Shown in pieces: positions 41,364 through 51,968 of a stretch of DNA of 64,000 bases. The notes beneath the pieces were generated by a model. It saw only the letters and a list, made by a program, of their open reading frames with translations, was not told the DNA's origin and made no database searches. Position 1 is the stretch's first letter; every line of letters begins with the position of its first letter. The stretch comes from a virus. Taxonomy: Duplodnaviria > Caudoviricetes. Where the stretch lies: positions 1 to 64,000 of the IMG/VR virus record IMGVR_UViG_3300016657_000022; one strand, 5' to 3'. The translations under genes and the position numbers were made by a program.

Positions 41364-43226
41364 ATGGCCATTCCTGATTTCATCCCGCTCGATCAGTTCC
41401 GCAATCTGGACTGGATGAGCAGCCGTTTTCCCCGACCGGATCGGGCGAGCTATATCAAGGCTCTGGAGCAGAGTATCTCTGATATTCAGGCTCTCCTTGG
41501 TACGCCGGAAGGCGACCGTAATATGGGCATTTTCTCTGGAGAAATCCTATCCGACAGTGCAACTTTGAAGGTTGTTCTTCAGGAGATCGAAAATAAACTG
41601 TCTCAGTTGTATTCTGAAGCTCCTGTAGTTGCCTCGGAAGTGGAAGCACAAGAAGGCACGAACAATCGTAAGATCATGACCCCGCTACGGGTGGGTCAAG
41701 TTCTTGATGAGAAGTCCACTAAGGTTAAGGCAAATGCTGAACCCCTTGGTATTGAGGCTGAAGCGACTTCTGCCGGGAGCTACGGCAGCGTTGTTATCCC
41801 CGGCGATAGCACCTTTAAGTCTGCTTTGACCCTTCTTGCCGCAGCCGTTGATGGTTACGACCTAAATCTTGATGATTTCGGTGGAATTGGGTCGGGTGCC
41901 TACAATAACAATACTGCAATCCTCGCTGCTCTCGCTGCGGACCCCAATCGTGTTGTTAACCTTACCACTTCCCGCCGTGGGACCGGCAGGTTCCTCACCA
42001 ATACCAGCTTCTATGGCTACCTGAACTGCCGCTTCACTGGTAGCGGCCAGCTTGTGGTGGGTGGTAAGGGTCAGGCTCGTGATCGAGCCTTCATCACGAA
42101 TGAAGTTGTTGACCCTGATTATAACACACTAGAAAACTATTTTGACGGCGATTGGTCGAAGCAAATCAGCACTCGTTTTACCTTCGTCGGGCAGAATGTT
42201 GGCACCACACCAATTACTCAGTATCGTTTGCTTGACCGCGCCTCACAAGAGGCGAATATGTTCGTCAACGCTGGCGGTGCCAATACCTCGACCGGCAATC
42301 AGTCTGGCGGACGCACAGGCATTTTCCGCGAAGCTACGAAAATGATCCAAGGCGGGCAGGGCGACCTGATGGCCCGCTATACGAATTTCTATTCGTATAG
42401 TGTCCGCGCCGGGGCCACGCATTTCCTCGCAAACCCTGCTGTATCTCTTGACGCAGCGGATTGGTTCGCCGGGGCAGACGGTGGTTATTACCAACATTAT
42501 GAGGTAAACTTTCACGACAACGGCTATGCCATCGCAGTGGGTAGTGTATCCAACTATGACCGCACAAATTCTGGAAATACCCAGAGCCAGACGTGGAAGC
42601 ATCGGTTCGTAAATTCGCGTGGTACTCAACCAATTGATATTGTGTATCAGTCCATTGGCCTGATCCATTGCCACACCGATGTTTCGTCGGCCACTCTCAC
42701 AAATGGTTGCGCTTTCGCATTGAAGGCAGACCAGCGCATCTACTACGATGTGACACCTGTTGCCGATCCGATTGGTGTAACAGGTGTGCCGATAGTATCG
42801 GATACGTGGCAGGGTTATGATAGCGCCACGTCATCCATGATGGTCAGCCTTGCGGCTGGGAAAAAGTTCAGCATTAAGAACCCGTCTGTTACGCTCACCG
42901 CTGACCCGACCGCATGGGCAACCCCGGCACTCTCGAACAGCTGGGTGGCGAATACGTCTAATGGTGAGGTCGCCCCCCAATACCGTCGAGATATGGGCGG
43001 TAAGGTCGTACTCCGTGGCCACGCATCTGGCGGTGCAGATAATACGGCAATGTTCACGCTACCCATCGGCTACCGCCCACCGTATCGTATGCGGTTTGCC
43101 TCTAACAGCCTTGGAGGACTATGCACCATCACGATTGATCCTGATGGTGTCGTGTTCGTTCTCGGTTCGGCAGGCTCCTCGCCTAAATATGCTGGATTGG
43201 ATGGTATCTCTTTTGAACTTTCCTGA
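41364..43226 (+). CDS. Second tail fibre/receptor-binding protein
   Basis: 620 aa; EAQEGTNNRKIMTPLR repeat; LDDFGGIG...NNTAI; C-terminal YRRD..KVVLRG...FTLPIGYRP. Confidence 0.75.
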   Translation: MAIPDFIPLDQFRNLDWMSSRFPRPDRASYIKALEQSISDIQALLGTPEGDRNMGIFSGEILSDSATLKVVLQEIENKLSQLYSEAPVVASEVEAQEGTNNRKIMTPLRVGQVLDEKSTKVKANAEPLGIEAEATSAGSYGSVVIPGDSTFKSALTLLAAAVDGYDLNLDDFGGIGSGAYNNNTAILAALAADPNRVVNLTTSRRGTGRFLTNTSFYGYLNCRFTGSGQLVVGGKGQARDRAFITNEVVDPDYNTLENYFDGDWSKQISTRFTFVGQNVGTTPITQYRLLDRASQEANMFVNAGGANTSTGNQSGGRTGIFREATKMIQGGQGDLMARYTNFYSYSVRAGATHFLANPAVSLDAADWFAGADGGYYQHYEVNFHDNGYAIAVGSVSNYDRTNSGNTQSQTWKHRFVNSRGTQPIDIVYQSIGLIHCHTDVSSATLTNGCAFALKADQRIYYDVTPVADPIGVTGVPIVSDTWQGYDSATSSMMVSLAAGKKFSIKNPSVTLTADPTAWATPALSNSWVANTSNGEVAPQYRRDMGGKVVLRGHASGGADNTAMFTLPIGYRPPYRMRFASNSLGGLCTITIDPDGVVFVLGSAGSSPKYAGLDGISFELS

Positions 43227-43268
43227 TAAAAGGAAAGTCCGGCAGTATGTGGGAAAGAGATAATTATT

Positions 43269-43601
43269 ATGTCTGAGACTGTTGAGGTACGGGTCGCACG
43301 CCTCGAAGAGCAGCTCAAGTTTCTGGTGGAAGATGCTCGGGAGGCCAAAACCTCCCGAGGTCGCCAGTACGAGAGCATCGAAGCGTTGAGCAAAGCGGTC
43401 ACTTTGATGGCCACCGAAGTCTCGGACGTGAAGGGTAAGCTCGCTGGGCAGGCCCCAACCATCGAAGAGTTCATCACGATCAAACACAAGGTCGTGGGGG
43501 CAGGCAAATTGGGGAAATGGGTATGGGTCACGCTCGGCGGACTCATCACCTTCCTGTTCTCCAGTCGTGAGGCGATTATCGGATGGCTGACGAAGCAGTG
43601 A
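43269..43601 (+). CDS. Holin-like membrane protein (N4 gp63-like)
   Basis: Coiled-coil N-terminus, one C-terminal TM; first gene of the lysis cassette. Confidence 0.65.
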   Translation: MSETVEVRVARLEEQLKFLVEDAREAKTSRGRQYESIEALSKAVTLMATEVSDVKGKLAGQAPTIEEFITIKHKVVGAGKLGKWVWVTLGGLITFLFSSREAIIGWLTKQ

Positions 43602-43834
43602 AGAAAACCGGGGTGAAGAAACATCTCGTCGATGATGTCGGTGGCGTCTGGAAGCGGTGGTCCACTTGGATCACCACTCTCATGGTGACGGCACAGGCCA
43701 CTTGGGCACTGGTGCCCTCCGAGGCTCGGGAGATGCTCCCGAAGCCACAGTATCTGGGGCTTGGTCTGGGTGTCGCTGCTCTGATCGCCTCCATGCTGAA
43801 GCAGGGGAAGAAAGATGGCGGAACTGAAGAGTAA
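43598..43834 (+). CDS. Holin
   Basis: GTGA-coupled; WKRWSTW followed by two hydrophobic segments. Confidence 0.7.
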   Translation: MKKTGVKKHLVDDVGGVWKRWSTWITTLMVTAQATWALVPSEAREMLPKPQYLGLGLGVAALIASMLKQGKKDGGTEE

Positions 43835-44453
43835 GGTCTCGAACCTGAGTGGAAAGCAGAAAGCGGCTGGGGGTTCTCTGGCCGCTCTTGCTATGATCCT
43901 CGGCACCATCGCCCTTGAAGGCGGCTGGGTGAACGACAAGGACGATCCCGGTGGCGAGACCAATATGGGCGTGACCAAAACGGTCGCTGTCCAGCATGGC
44001 TACACCGGCCCGATGAAGAAGCTGCCTGAAGAGACGGCCATCTCCATCTACTACAAGAGCTATCTGGTGAAACCGGGGTACGAACCCCTGATCGCCGTCA
44101 ATGCTCCTGTGGCCGAGGAGCTGTTCGATACGGCAGTGAACATGGGACCGAACCGTCCTTCTCGCTGGTTCCAGCAGACCATCAATGAGGTCTGCAACAC
44201 CAAGCTGACGGTCGATGGTCAGGTCGGTCCGGGCACCCGTGAGGCTTTCACGAAGTGTCAGGTCACTTACGGTTCGACCAAGATGTGCATCACCTTCCTG
44301 AACAAGCTCGATGCCAAGCAGGAAGCTGAGTACGAACGACTGATCCGTAACAACCCCGTGCTGGCCAAATACCGTCGTGGCTGGCTGAACAACCGGGTCG
44401 GGAATGTCCCCCGGTCGCACTGCGAGGTGAAATATGCCTATTCCGTGGGTTAA
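43815..44453 (+). CDS. SAR-type endolysin, glycoside hydrolase family 108
   Basis: Hydrophobic N-terminus; EGGWVNDKDDPGGETNMGVT; FDTAVNMG; GWLNNRV. Confidence 0.92.
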   Translation: MAELKSKVSNLSGKQKAAGGSLAALAMILGTIALEGGWVNDKDDPGGETNMGVTKTVAVQHGYTGPMKKLPEETAISIYYKSYLVKPGYEPLIAVNAPVAEELFDTAVNMGPNRPSRWFQQTINEVCNTKLTVDGQVGPGTREAFTKCQVTYGSTKMCITFLNKLDAKQEAEYERLIRNNPVLAKYRRGWLNNRVGNVPRSHCEVKYAYSVG

Positions 44454-44988
44454 GCTGCTGAAGTTCGGTCTACCAGTCCTCCTCGTTCTCGGGGTCGGCT
44501 GGTACGTCTATTCCCTTGGTTCCAGTCACGGCGAAGCCGTGGTTCAGGCCAAATGGGACAAGCAGAAGGCAGCCGACGCCAAGATGGTGGCGGATGAGAA
44601 GGCGAAGATCGCCAAGGATGAAACAGCCCACCGGGCTGAAGATCGGAGGATTTCGGATGAGCTGGTTGCCGCGAAAGAGCAGGCTTCTGCTGGGAATGCT
44701 GCCAATGACCGTCGTACTGCTGAGCGGCTGCGGAGCAGCGACGAACGAGCGGCCCTGTATCGGTCTCAGGCCGAAGCTGGAGCCGTTGAGCGAGCAAACC
44801 TTGCAAGCCATGCAGCCGAACTCGACCGACTACTCTCGGAAAGTCTTGGACTTCTCGAAGAAGGCCGACTCCTCGTTGAACTCCGTGATGGACAAATCCG
44901 GGGATTAGCGGCACAGATCAACAACGACCGCCAACTTATCTCGGGACAGAGCACTGCCAATGGAAACGATGCAGCCCCGGCTCAGTGA
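44434..44988 (+). CDS. Inner-membrane spanin (Rz-like)
   Basis: N-terminal TM followed by coiled coil, directly after the endolysin. Confidence 0.85.
   Translation: MPIPWVKLLKFGLPVLLVLGVGWYVYSLGSSHGEAVVQAKWDKQKAADAKMVADEKAKIAKDETAHRAEDRRISDELVAAKEQASAGNAANDRRTAERLRSSDERAALYRSQAEAGAVERANLASHAAELDRLLSESLGLLEEGRLLVELRDGQIRGLAAQINNDRQLISGQSTANGNDAAPAQ
44657..44908 (+). CDS. Embedded outer-membrane spanin (Rz1-like lipoprotein)
   Basis: GGAGG RBS; signal peptide [25 protein letters not shown] lipobox; nested in another frame of Rz. Confidence 0.85.
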   Translation: MSWLPRKSRLLLGMLPMTVVLLSGCGAATNERPCIGLRPKLEPLSEQTLQAMQPNSTDYSRKVLDFSKKADSSLNSVMDKSGD

Positions 44989-47191
44989 GAACCAGAGCCA
45001 GAAGCTGACGAACTGGAAGAACGAACCTTCCATTCAGACGCTCAAGGAAGATTTCGAGACGGCGAAGCCCGCTCACGACAGTCAGATGACCCGTATCCAG
45101 ACATGGAACGATCTGATGGCTGTTCGTGGGAAGGCACGTCCCCCGAAGGTCAAGGGTCGCTCCAGCGTCCAGCCGAAGCTCATCCGTCGTCAGGCCGAGT
45201 GGCGTTACTCGGCTCTGACGGAGCCGTTCCTGTCCAGCAAGAAGCTGTTCAGCGTCAGCCCGGTCACTTTCGAGGACACGGACGCTGCCAAGCAGAATGA
45301 GCTGGTCCTGAACTGGCAGTTCCGAACCAAGCTGAACCGAGTCAAGTTCATCGACGATTTCGTCCGTGCCGTGGTCGATGAAGGCACCGGCATTGTGCAG
45401 GTCGGCTGGGAACGAGACACCATTACCGTCACCGAGCAGGTGCCGGAGTTCACCCACTATGCCATCCAGACGCAGGAGCAGCTTCAGCCGTTCCAGCAGG
45501 CTCTGGAGTTGAAGCAGGCCGATCCTCGCCATTACGACGAGAATGTGGATCCTGCTCTCAAGGCAGCCGTCGATTATTACGAGCAGTCCGGTGAGGCGAC
45601 CTACGCCGTTCAGACCGGCACCCGTGGTGTTCAGGTGGACAAAGTGCTGAAGAACCAGCCTACCGTCCAGATTCTGAACCCCCAGAATTTTTATATCGAC
45701 CCGAGCTGCAACGGCGATGCCGAAAAGGCTCTGTTCGGTGTGGTCTCTTTCGAGACCAACAAGGCCGAGCTGAAGAAGAACCCGAAGCGGTACAAGAACC
45801 TCGATCTGGTCAACTGGGAGGGCAACATCCCTCTCAGCCAGCCGGACCATGAGACTTCGACGCCGGACACCTTCCAGTTCAAGGATGCCCTGCGTAAGCG
45901 GGTTGTGGCCTATGAATACTGGGGTTTCTACGACATCCATGGTGATGGCCGACTGGTGCCGATTGTCTGCACTTGGATCGGTGATGTCATCATTCGGATG
46001 GAGGAGAACCCCTTCCCGGATCAGAAGATCCCGTTCGTTCTGGTGCCTTACCTTCCGGTAAAGCGTGAGCTTTACGGTGAGCCGGATGCTGAGCTTCTGG
46101 AGGACAACCAGAAGATCCTTGGTGCCGTGTTCCGTGGTATGATCGACCTTCTGGGTCGTTCGGCCAACAGCCAGCAGGGCTTTGCCAAGGGTCTGCTCGA
46201 TCCCCTGAACCGTCGCCGTTACGAGAACGGTCAGGACTACGAGTTCAACCCGAACCTGTCTCCGGCCAATGGCATCATCGAGCACAAGTATCCAGAGCTT
46301 CCCCAGTCCGGCCTGCTCATGGCCAGCCTTCAGAACCAAGAGGCGGAAAGTCTCACTGGTGTGAAGGCGTTCGCCGGTGGTCTTTCCGGTGATGCTTATG
46401 GTGACGTGGCAGCCGGTATCCGTGGTGCTCTGGACGCTGCATCGAAGCGTGAGATGGCCATCCTTCGCCGTATCGCGAAGGGCATGATCGAGATCGCCAA
46501 CAAGATCGTGGCCATGAATGCCGTGTTCCTGTCGGCTGAAGAGGTCATCCGGGTCACGAACAAGGAGTTCGTGAAGGTCAAGCGTGAAGATCTGATCGGC
46601 AACTTCGATCTGGACACAGACATCTCGACCGCCGAGGTGGACAACCAGAAGGCTCAGGATCTGGCCTTCATGCTCCAGACCATCGGCAATAACATGGATT
46701 TGGGGATCACCATCATGATCCTCGCCGAGATCGCCGACCTCAAGCGGATGCCGGAACTGGCCGAGAAGCTCCGTACCTTCAAGCCTCAGCCGACTCCTGA
46801 GCAGCAGCAGATGCAGCAGCTTGCTCTCCAGAAGGCCCAGCTCGAAGTCGAAGAGCTTCGTTCCAAGATCGCCCTCAACAATGCCAAGGCAGCCGAAGCC
46901 GGGTCCAAGAAGGACAAGACCGACCTCGATTATCTTGAGCAGGAGACCGGCACCACCCATGCTCGTGAGATGCAGAAGATGCGTGGGCAGGCTCAGGGCA
47001 ATCAGGATCTGGAAGTCACCAAGGCTCTTCTGGCTCCCCAGAAGAAGGCTGATGGTGGAGAAAGCCGACCCGATGTTGGGGCAGCAGTTGGTTGGAATGA
47101 GCTTTCCGACGAACTCCGTGATGATGGGCGACCGTCATCTCCTGTTGACATCCCACCCCAAGTTGGTGGACAGCAGTTCCCGACTCTTTAG
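44960..47191 (+). CDS. Portal protein (N4 gp59-like)
   Basis: [48 protein letters not shown]. Confidence 0.95.
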   Translation: METMQPRLSENQSQKLTNWKNEPSIQTLKEDFETAKPAHDSQMTRIQTWNDLMAVRGKARPPKVKGRSSVQPKLIRRQAEWRYSALTEPFLSSKKLFSVSPVTFEDTDAAKQNELVLNWQFRTKLNRVKFIDDFVRAVVDEGTGIVQVGWERDTITVTEQVPEFTHYAIQTQEQLQPFQQALELKQADPRHYDENVDPALKAAVDYYEQSGEATYAVQTGTRGVQVDKVLKNQPTVQILNPQNFYIDPSCNGDAEKALFGVVSFETNKAELKKNPKRYKNLDLVNWEGNIPLSQPDHETSTPDTFQFKDALRKRVVAYEYWGFYDIHGDGRLVPIVCTWIGDVIIRMEENPFPDQKIPFVLVPYLPVKRELYGEPDAELLEDNQKILGAVFRGMIDLLGRSANSQQGFAKGLLDPLNRRRYENGQDYEFNPNLSPANGIIEHKYPELPQSGLLMASLQNQEAESLTGVKAFAGGLSGDAYGDVAAGIRGALDAASKREMAILRRIAKGMIEIANKIVAMNAVFLSAEEVIRVTNKEFVKVKREDLIGNFDLDTDISTAEVDNQKAQDLAFMLQTIGNNMDLGITIMILAEIADLKRMPELAEKLRTFKPQPTPEQQQMQQLALQKAQLEVEELRSKIALNNAKAAEAGSKKDKTDLDYLEQETGTTHAREMQKMRGQAQGNQDLEVTKALLAPQKKADGGESRPDVGAAVGWNELSDELRDDGRPSSPVDIPPQVGGQQFPTL

Positions 47192-47235
47192 TCACTGACC
47201 ACAAACCCAACCTAATTTTGTAGAGGCCCTACAAC

Positions 47236-47610
47236 ATGTCGATGATTGCACGTCTTGAAGAACAACTGAAGGATGAGAAGGAGCTGATCGAGCGCCGTGA
47301 CACCATCCTTCGGCTCAGCAAGAATGCCGATTTCCGCAAGGTCATCCTCGAAGCATTCTTCGTTGAGGAGTGTGCCCGCTATGCTCGTGAGAGTGGCGAT
47401 CCGGCACTGCCCCCCGAAGCTCGGGCCGACGCCCTTGCCATCGCTCAGGCTGCTGGCCACCTGAAGCGTTTCCTGAACATCCAGATCACTCTGGGCAATC
47501 AGGCTGAACGCAAGCTCCCCGAAATCGAGGAGGCCATCGAGCAGGAACGTCTTCTCGAACAGGATGGGGTCGAGGCCCTGCCCGAAGGTTATGAGGGGGA
47601 CGTTGACTAA
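47236..47610 (+). CDS. N4 gp58-like protein
   Basis: FRKVILEAFF..ECARY...AQAAGHLKRFL. Confidence 0.8.
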   Translation: MSMIARLEEQLKDEKELIERRDTILRLSKNADFRKVILEAFFVEECARYARESGDPALPPEARADALAIAQAAGHLKRFLNIQITLGNQAERKLPEIEEAIEQERLLEQDGVEALPEGYEGDVD

Positions 47611-48893
47611 TGGCCGACGCTGTGACGAACCCGCTTGAGCTGTCCGACGAGGACTTCGCCAAGCTGCCCATGCCGGGCTATGAGGTCTCCGAACAGACGA
47701 CTGAGGCTCCGGGTAACACCGGGGCCGAAGGCGTTTCCGGGGAAGAGGGCAACAACACCAACGAAGGTGGCGACGCCAACCAGCAGCAGCAGGGGGCTGA
47801 AGCAGGTGAAGAGGGCAAGCAGACTGAAGGAGCCGAAGGCACCGGAGCAGAAGCTCAGGGGGCTGAAGGCGAAGGCAACGGTGGTGGAAACACGACCGGG
47901 GCTGAAGGTGCTGAAGGTGGTGCTGACGGCAAGAAGCCCGAAGAACAGGCGAGCAAGGAAGGGGCAGAAGCTCCGAAGCCCGAAAGTGCTGTTCCTCCCG
48001 CTGGATCCAAGCCCGAAGGGCAGGAAGCTCCGGCAGCAGGTGTAGTCGTCCGCACGGCTGACACTGACAAGGCTTTCTACGATAAGGTGATGGCTCCGTT
48101 CATCGCCAACGGGAAAGAGATCAAACTGAATAGCCCTGAAGAGGTCATTCAGTTGATGCAGCAGGGTGCTAACTACACCCGTAAAATGCAGGCTATCGCC
48201 CCGCATCGAAAGATGCTAACGATGGCTCAGAACAACGGTATCACTGAAGACAAGTTGTCCTTCCTGATTGACTTGGAGAAGGGCAACCCCGAAGCGATCC
48301 AGAAGTTTCTGAAGGACAAAGGAGTCGATCCACTGACGATCGACACTGAGTCCGAACCGACTTACCGTGAGGGCACTCACAAGGTCAGTGATACTGAAGT
48401 TGCGTTCCGTACCAATCTGGACGAGCTTAGCTCCACCCCAGCCGGTAAGGAAACTCTCCAGACGATCAACTCGACTTGGGACGACGCCAGCAAGGAAGTG
48501 CTGTGGGGAGAACCCGCACTGATGACGGTAATCCATGCTCAGCGTGAGAGCGGGGTCTATGACCTCATCACGACCGAGGTGGACCGGCGACGGATGCTGG
48601 GACAGATTGCCCCTGACACCACATTTTTCGACGCTTACCGGATGGTCGGAGACGATCTGGTGAAGAAGGCCGAAGCAGAGAAAGCTGCTGCACCTGCACC
48701 TACGGCTGTTGCCCCGGTGGCTGTTGCAACGACCGCTGCTGCTCCGAAGGCCGTCGTCGATAATGCGGACAAGGCCAGTGCCGCCTCTCCCACGAGGAGC
48801 ACTCCGAAACCGGCAAAGGTCAACTTTAACCCGTTGTCCATGTCTGACGAAGAATTTGAGGCCCAATTCGCGAAGATGCAGGGCCGAGTCTGA
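47610..48893 (+). CDS. N4 gp57-like scaffolding/head assembly protein
   Basis: Acidic low-complexity N-terminus; FIANGKEI...[13 protein letters not shown]; ends [10 protein letters not shown]. Confidence 0.82.
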   Translation: MADAVTNPLELSDEDFAKLPMPGYEVSEQTTEAPGNTGAEGVSGEEGNNTNEGGDANQQQQGAEAGEEGKQTEGAEGTGAEAQGAEGEGNGGGNTTGAEGAEGGADGKKPEEQASKEGAEAPKPESAVPPAGSKPEGQEAPAAGVVVRTADTDKAFYDKVMAPFIANGKEIKLNSPEEVIQLMQQGANYTRKMQAIAPHRKMLTMAQNNGITEDKLSFLIDLEKGNPEAIQKFLKDKGVDPLTIDTESEPTYREGTHKVSDTEVAFRTNLDELSSTPAGKETLQTINSTWDDASKEVLWGEPALMTVIHAQRESGVYDLITTEVDRRRMLGQIAPDTTFFDAYRMVGDDLVKKAEAEKAAAPAPTAVAPVAVATTAAAPKAVVDNADKASAASPTRSTPKPAKVNFNPLSMSDEEFEAQFAKMQGRV

Positions 48894-48907
48894 GGGAACC
48901 GACTCCA

Positions 48908-50140
48908 ATGCTGAACTACAATGCCCCCATCGACGGTCAGAAGTCGTCCATCGACGGCACGGGTTCTGACCAGATGAACACCTTCTTCTGGCTGAAGAAG
49001 GCGATCATCGACGCCCGCAAAGAGCAGTATTTCATGCCGCTCGCCAGCGTCACCAACATGCCGAAGAACTTCGGCAAGACCATCAAGGTCTACCAGTACG
49101 TTCCGCTGCTGGACGACCGCAACGTCAATGATCAGGGCATCGACGCCAACGGTGTGACCATTGCCAACGGCAACCTGTATGGTTCGTCGAAGGACGTGGG
49201 CACCATTGCTGGCAAGCTGCCGACCCTCACCGAGAACGGTGGCCGAGTGAACCGCGTCGGCTTCACCCGTCTTCAGCGTGAAGGTTCGATCCACAAGTTC
49301 GGCTTCTTCACCGAGTTCACGCAGGAGTCGCTCGACTTCGACAGCGACTCGGAGCTGATGTCGCACCTGTCTCGTGAGCTGATGAACGGTGCGGTCCAGA
49401 TGACCGAAGCCGCTCTCCAGATGGATCTGCTCGCCGCCCCTGGCGTCGTGATCTACGCTGGTGCTGCCACGGACGTGGACGAGATCACCGGCGAGGTCAT
49501 CCCCGAAGTTCCCGGCACCAGCCCCGAGATCCCGGCGTCCATCGTGGACTACGAAGATCTCATGCGTCTGGACGCCGTGCTGACGGACAACCGCACCCCG
49601 ACTTCGACCACGATCATCACCGGCAGCCGCCTGATCGACACGAAGACCCTCGGTGCGACCCGCATCCTCTATGTCGGCTCGGAACTCGTTCCGGTCCTGA
49701 AGCGGATGAAGGATCTGTTCGACAACAAGGCGTTCATCGAGGTCCAGCACTATGCCGACGCAGGCACCGTGCTGAACGGCGAGATCGGCTCCATCGACAA
49801 GTTCCGCATCATTCAGGTTCCTGAGATGCTGCACTGGGCCGGTGCCGGTGCCGAGGTGGACGACAATCCGGGCTACCGCACCAGCACGGTCGGTGGCGTC
49901 GAGCGTTACGACGTGTTCCCGATGCTCTGCATCGGCGACCAGAGCTTCACGACCATCGGTTTCCAGACTGATGGCAAGACCGTGAAGTTCAACGTCATGA
50001 CCAAGATGCCGGGCAAGGAAACGGCTGACCGCAACGACCCGTTCGGTGAGACCGGCTTCAGCTCGATCAAGTGGTACTACGGTATCCTGATCCTGCGTCC
50101 CGAGCGTATCGGCGTCATCAAGACTGTTGCCCCGGTCTAA
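48908..50140 (+). CDS. Major capsid protein (N4 gp56-like)
   Basis: EQYFMPLA...MPKNFGK...NLYGSSKD...[18 protein letters not shown]...[16 protein letters not shown]. Confidence 0.97.
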   Translation: MLNYNAPIDGQKSSIDGTGSDQMNTFFWLKKAIIDARKEQYFMPLASVTNMPKNFGKTIKVYQYVPLLDDRNVNDQGIDANGVTIANGNLYGSSKDVGTIAGKLPTLTENGGRVNRVGFTRLQREGSIHKFGFFTEFTQESLDFDSDSELMSHLSRELMNGAVQMTEAALQMDLLAAPGVVIYAGAATDVDEITGEVIPEVPGTSPEIPASIVDYEDLMRLDAVLTDNRTPTSTTIITGSRLIDTKTLGATRILYVGSELVPVLKRMKDLFDNKAFIEVQHYADAGTVLNGEIGSIDKFRIIQVPEMLHWAGAGAEVDDNPGYRTSTVGGVERYDVFPMLCIGDQSFTTIGFQTDGKTVKFNVMTKMPGKETADRNDPFGETGFSSIKWYYGILILRPERIGVIKTVAPV

Positions 50141-50163
50141 GACCAGTGGCATAAGCCTAAGTT

Positions 50164-50195
50164 GGGGGTGGAGGAAACTCCGCCCCCTTTCTTTT
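50164..50195 (+). terminator. Intrinsic terminator after MCP
   Basis: GGGGGTGGAG-GAAA-CTCCGCCCCC-TTTCTTTT. Confidence 0.9.
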
Positions 50196-50221
50196 GACCA
50201 AACCCGGAAGGTTCTTCCTCA

Positions 50222-51091
50222 ATGACTGAACAGACTGAAGGCAGCGGCCCGTCTGAACTGGATCTCCTGAAGCAGCGAGCACGCTTGCTCGGTGTGGAGT
50301 TCTCGAACAACATCGGTGTCGATACCCTGCGTCAGCGTGTCGCTGACAAAATGGCCGAACTGGACGGCGAAGAGACGCAGCCTGCGACTCCACCTGTTTC
50401 GGAAGGCGACCAAAGCCTGCCCGAGCAGGTCGATACGGCAAGCGAGGGCGGTGACGCTCCGAGCTTCGACGACGACATCGAAGAGGAAGAAGAGCAGGCC
50501 GACGAGAACGCTCAGCCTAACGCTTTCGATGCTGCTGCTCAGATCGCCGCCGCCAAGGTGACGGCTCCCCCGGTGACGCCGATCAAGGGTGCCGATCAGA
50601 TCATCAATCCGATCAAGCCTCTGGCTCGTGCTGCCGTCGAACCTTCGGCGGGAACCAAGCTGGGACAGGCCACCTCGGTCAAGGCTGGACGCACTCCGAC
50701 TCTTCGCCAGCATCTCTACAACGAGCAGATGAAGCTGGTCCGGGTTCGCATCCAGAACCTCGATCCGAAAAAGGCTGACCTCAACGGCGAGGTCATCGCT
50801 GTTGGCAACAAGCATCTCGGCACCATCAAGATGTTCGTGCCTTACGGCGAAGTCACCGATGATGGCTGGCACATCCCGTACATCATCTACAAGGAGCTGG
50901 AGCGTCGTCGCTTCCTCTCCATCCGTACCGTGAAGGATCCCCGGACCAAGCAGCCGGTGGTCAAGAAGGGTTGGGCCAAGGAGTTCGCCATCGAAGTCCT
51001 CGCTCCCCTGACGGCGACGGAACTGAAGCAGCTTGCCACGGCTCAGGCCGCTGCTGGCTCCATCGAAACCGGCGACAGCTCGCTGCTGTAA
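50222..51091 (+). CDS. N4 gp55-like protein
   Basis: ELDLLKQRARLLGV; KLVRVRIQNLDPKKADLNGEVI..GN..LGTIK..VPY. Confidence 0.85.
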   Translation: MTEQTEGSGPSELDLLKQRARLLGVEFSNNIGVDTLRQRVADKMAELDGEETQPATPPVSEGDQSLPEQVDTASEGGDAPSFDDDIEEEEEQADENAQPNAFDAAAQIAAAKVTAPPVTPIKGADQIINPIKPLARAAVEPSAGTKLGQATSVKAGRTPTLRQHLYNEQMKLVRVRIQNLDPKKADLNGEVIAVGNKHLGTIKMFVPYGEVTDDGWHIPYIIYKELERRRFLSIRTVKDPRTKQPVVKKGWAKEFAIEVLAPLTATELKQLATAQAAAGSIETGDSSLL

Positions 51092-51122
51092 CCGCTGACG
51101 AACCAAGGTAAAGGAACCGTCA

Positions 51123-51968
51123 ATGAGCGTCTGTGGTGCAGAGACCGAAGCGAATGAACTCCTCAATGCCCTTCTGGCAGGTGAGGACGTAACGCTTCCC
51201 GACATCGACTTCGATAGTGACATCTGGGACATCCCGGATAGCATTATGCAGAATTTGCAGCAGGCGGTTGACCGTCTGACGAACGATGATCTGACCACGG
51301 GTGCCATTGACGGTTCTGGCACCTTCGATGCCCTAATGAGGGGCTTCAAGGCCCATCTCCGTGAGGAGTTCGACAAGGGCCGTATCACCGGGGCTGAGTA
51401 CACGAAGGCATATATCGCTCTCACTGAGGGGGCGATGTCCAATGCTGTTCAGTATCTCATCAACCGGGATCAGACCTACTGGTCGGCAGTGACCGCTCAG
51501 CTTCAGGCATTCACGGCCCGTGCTGGTTTCGAGACTGCCAAGATGCAGCTTGCCATGGCCAACTTCCAAGCCCTGACGGCGAAGTCCGAGTACGGCCTGA
51601 CCAAGATGAAGATCGCCTCGGAAGAGGTGGCCTACTGCACCGGCAAGTATCAGCTCGACAACATCCTGCCCCAGCAGCTCGTGCTGGTGAAGGAACAGGT
51701 CGAAACGCAGCGTTCGCAGACGCTCGATACCCGCACCGATGGCATTCCTATCACTGGTTCCGTGGGCAAGCAGAAGGATCTGTATGCCCAGCAGATCGTG
51801 TCCTATCAGCGTGACGCCGAGGTCAAGGCGGCCAAGATGTGGACCGACGCATGGATCACCATGAAGACCATCGACGAGGGCCTCGATCCGCCTGACGCTT
51901 TCACCAATACACATCTGGATCAGGTGCTTCAGGTTATCGCCACGGCGAACGGTTTCGGGAGTATGTAA
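51123..51968 (+). CDS. N4 gp54-like virion structural protein
   Basis: LTTGAIDGSGTFDALM...HLREEFDKGRITGAEY...KQKDLYAQQIVSY. Confidence 0.85.
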   Translation: MSVCGAETEANELLNALLAGEDVTLPDIDFDSDIWDIPDSIMQNLQQAVDRLTNDDLTTGAIDGSGTFDALMRGFKAHLREEFDKGRITGAEYTKAYIALTEGAMSNAVQYLINRDQTYWSAVTAQLQAFTARAGFETAKMQLAMANFQALTAKSEYGLTKMKIASEEVAYCTGKYQLDNILPQQLVLVKEQVETQRSQTLDTRTDGIPITGSVGKQKDLYAQQIVSYQRDAEVKAAKMWTDAWITMKTIDEGLDPPDAFTNTHLDQVLQVIATANGFGSM

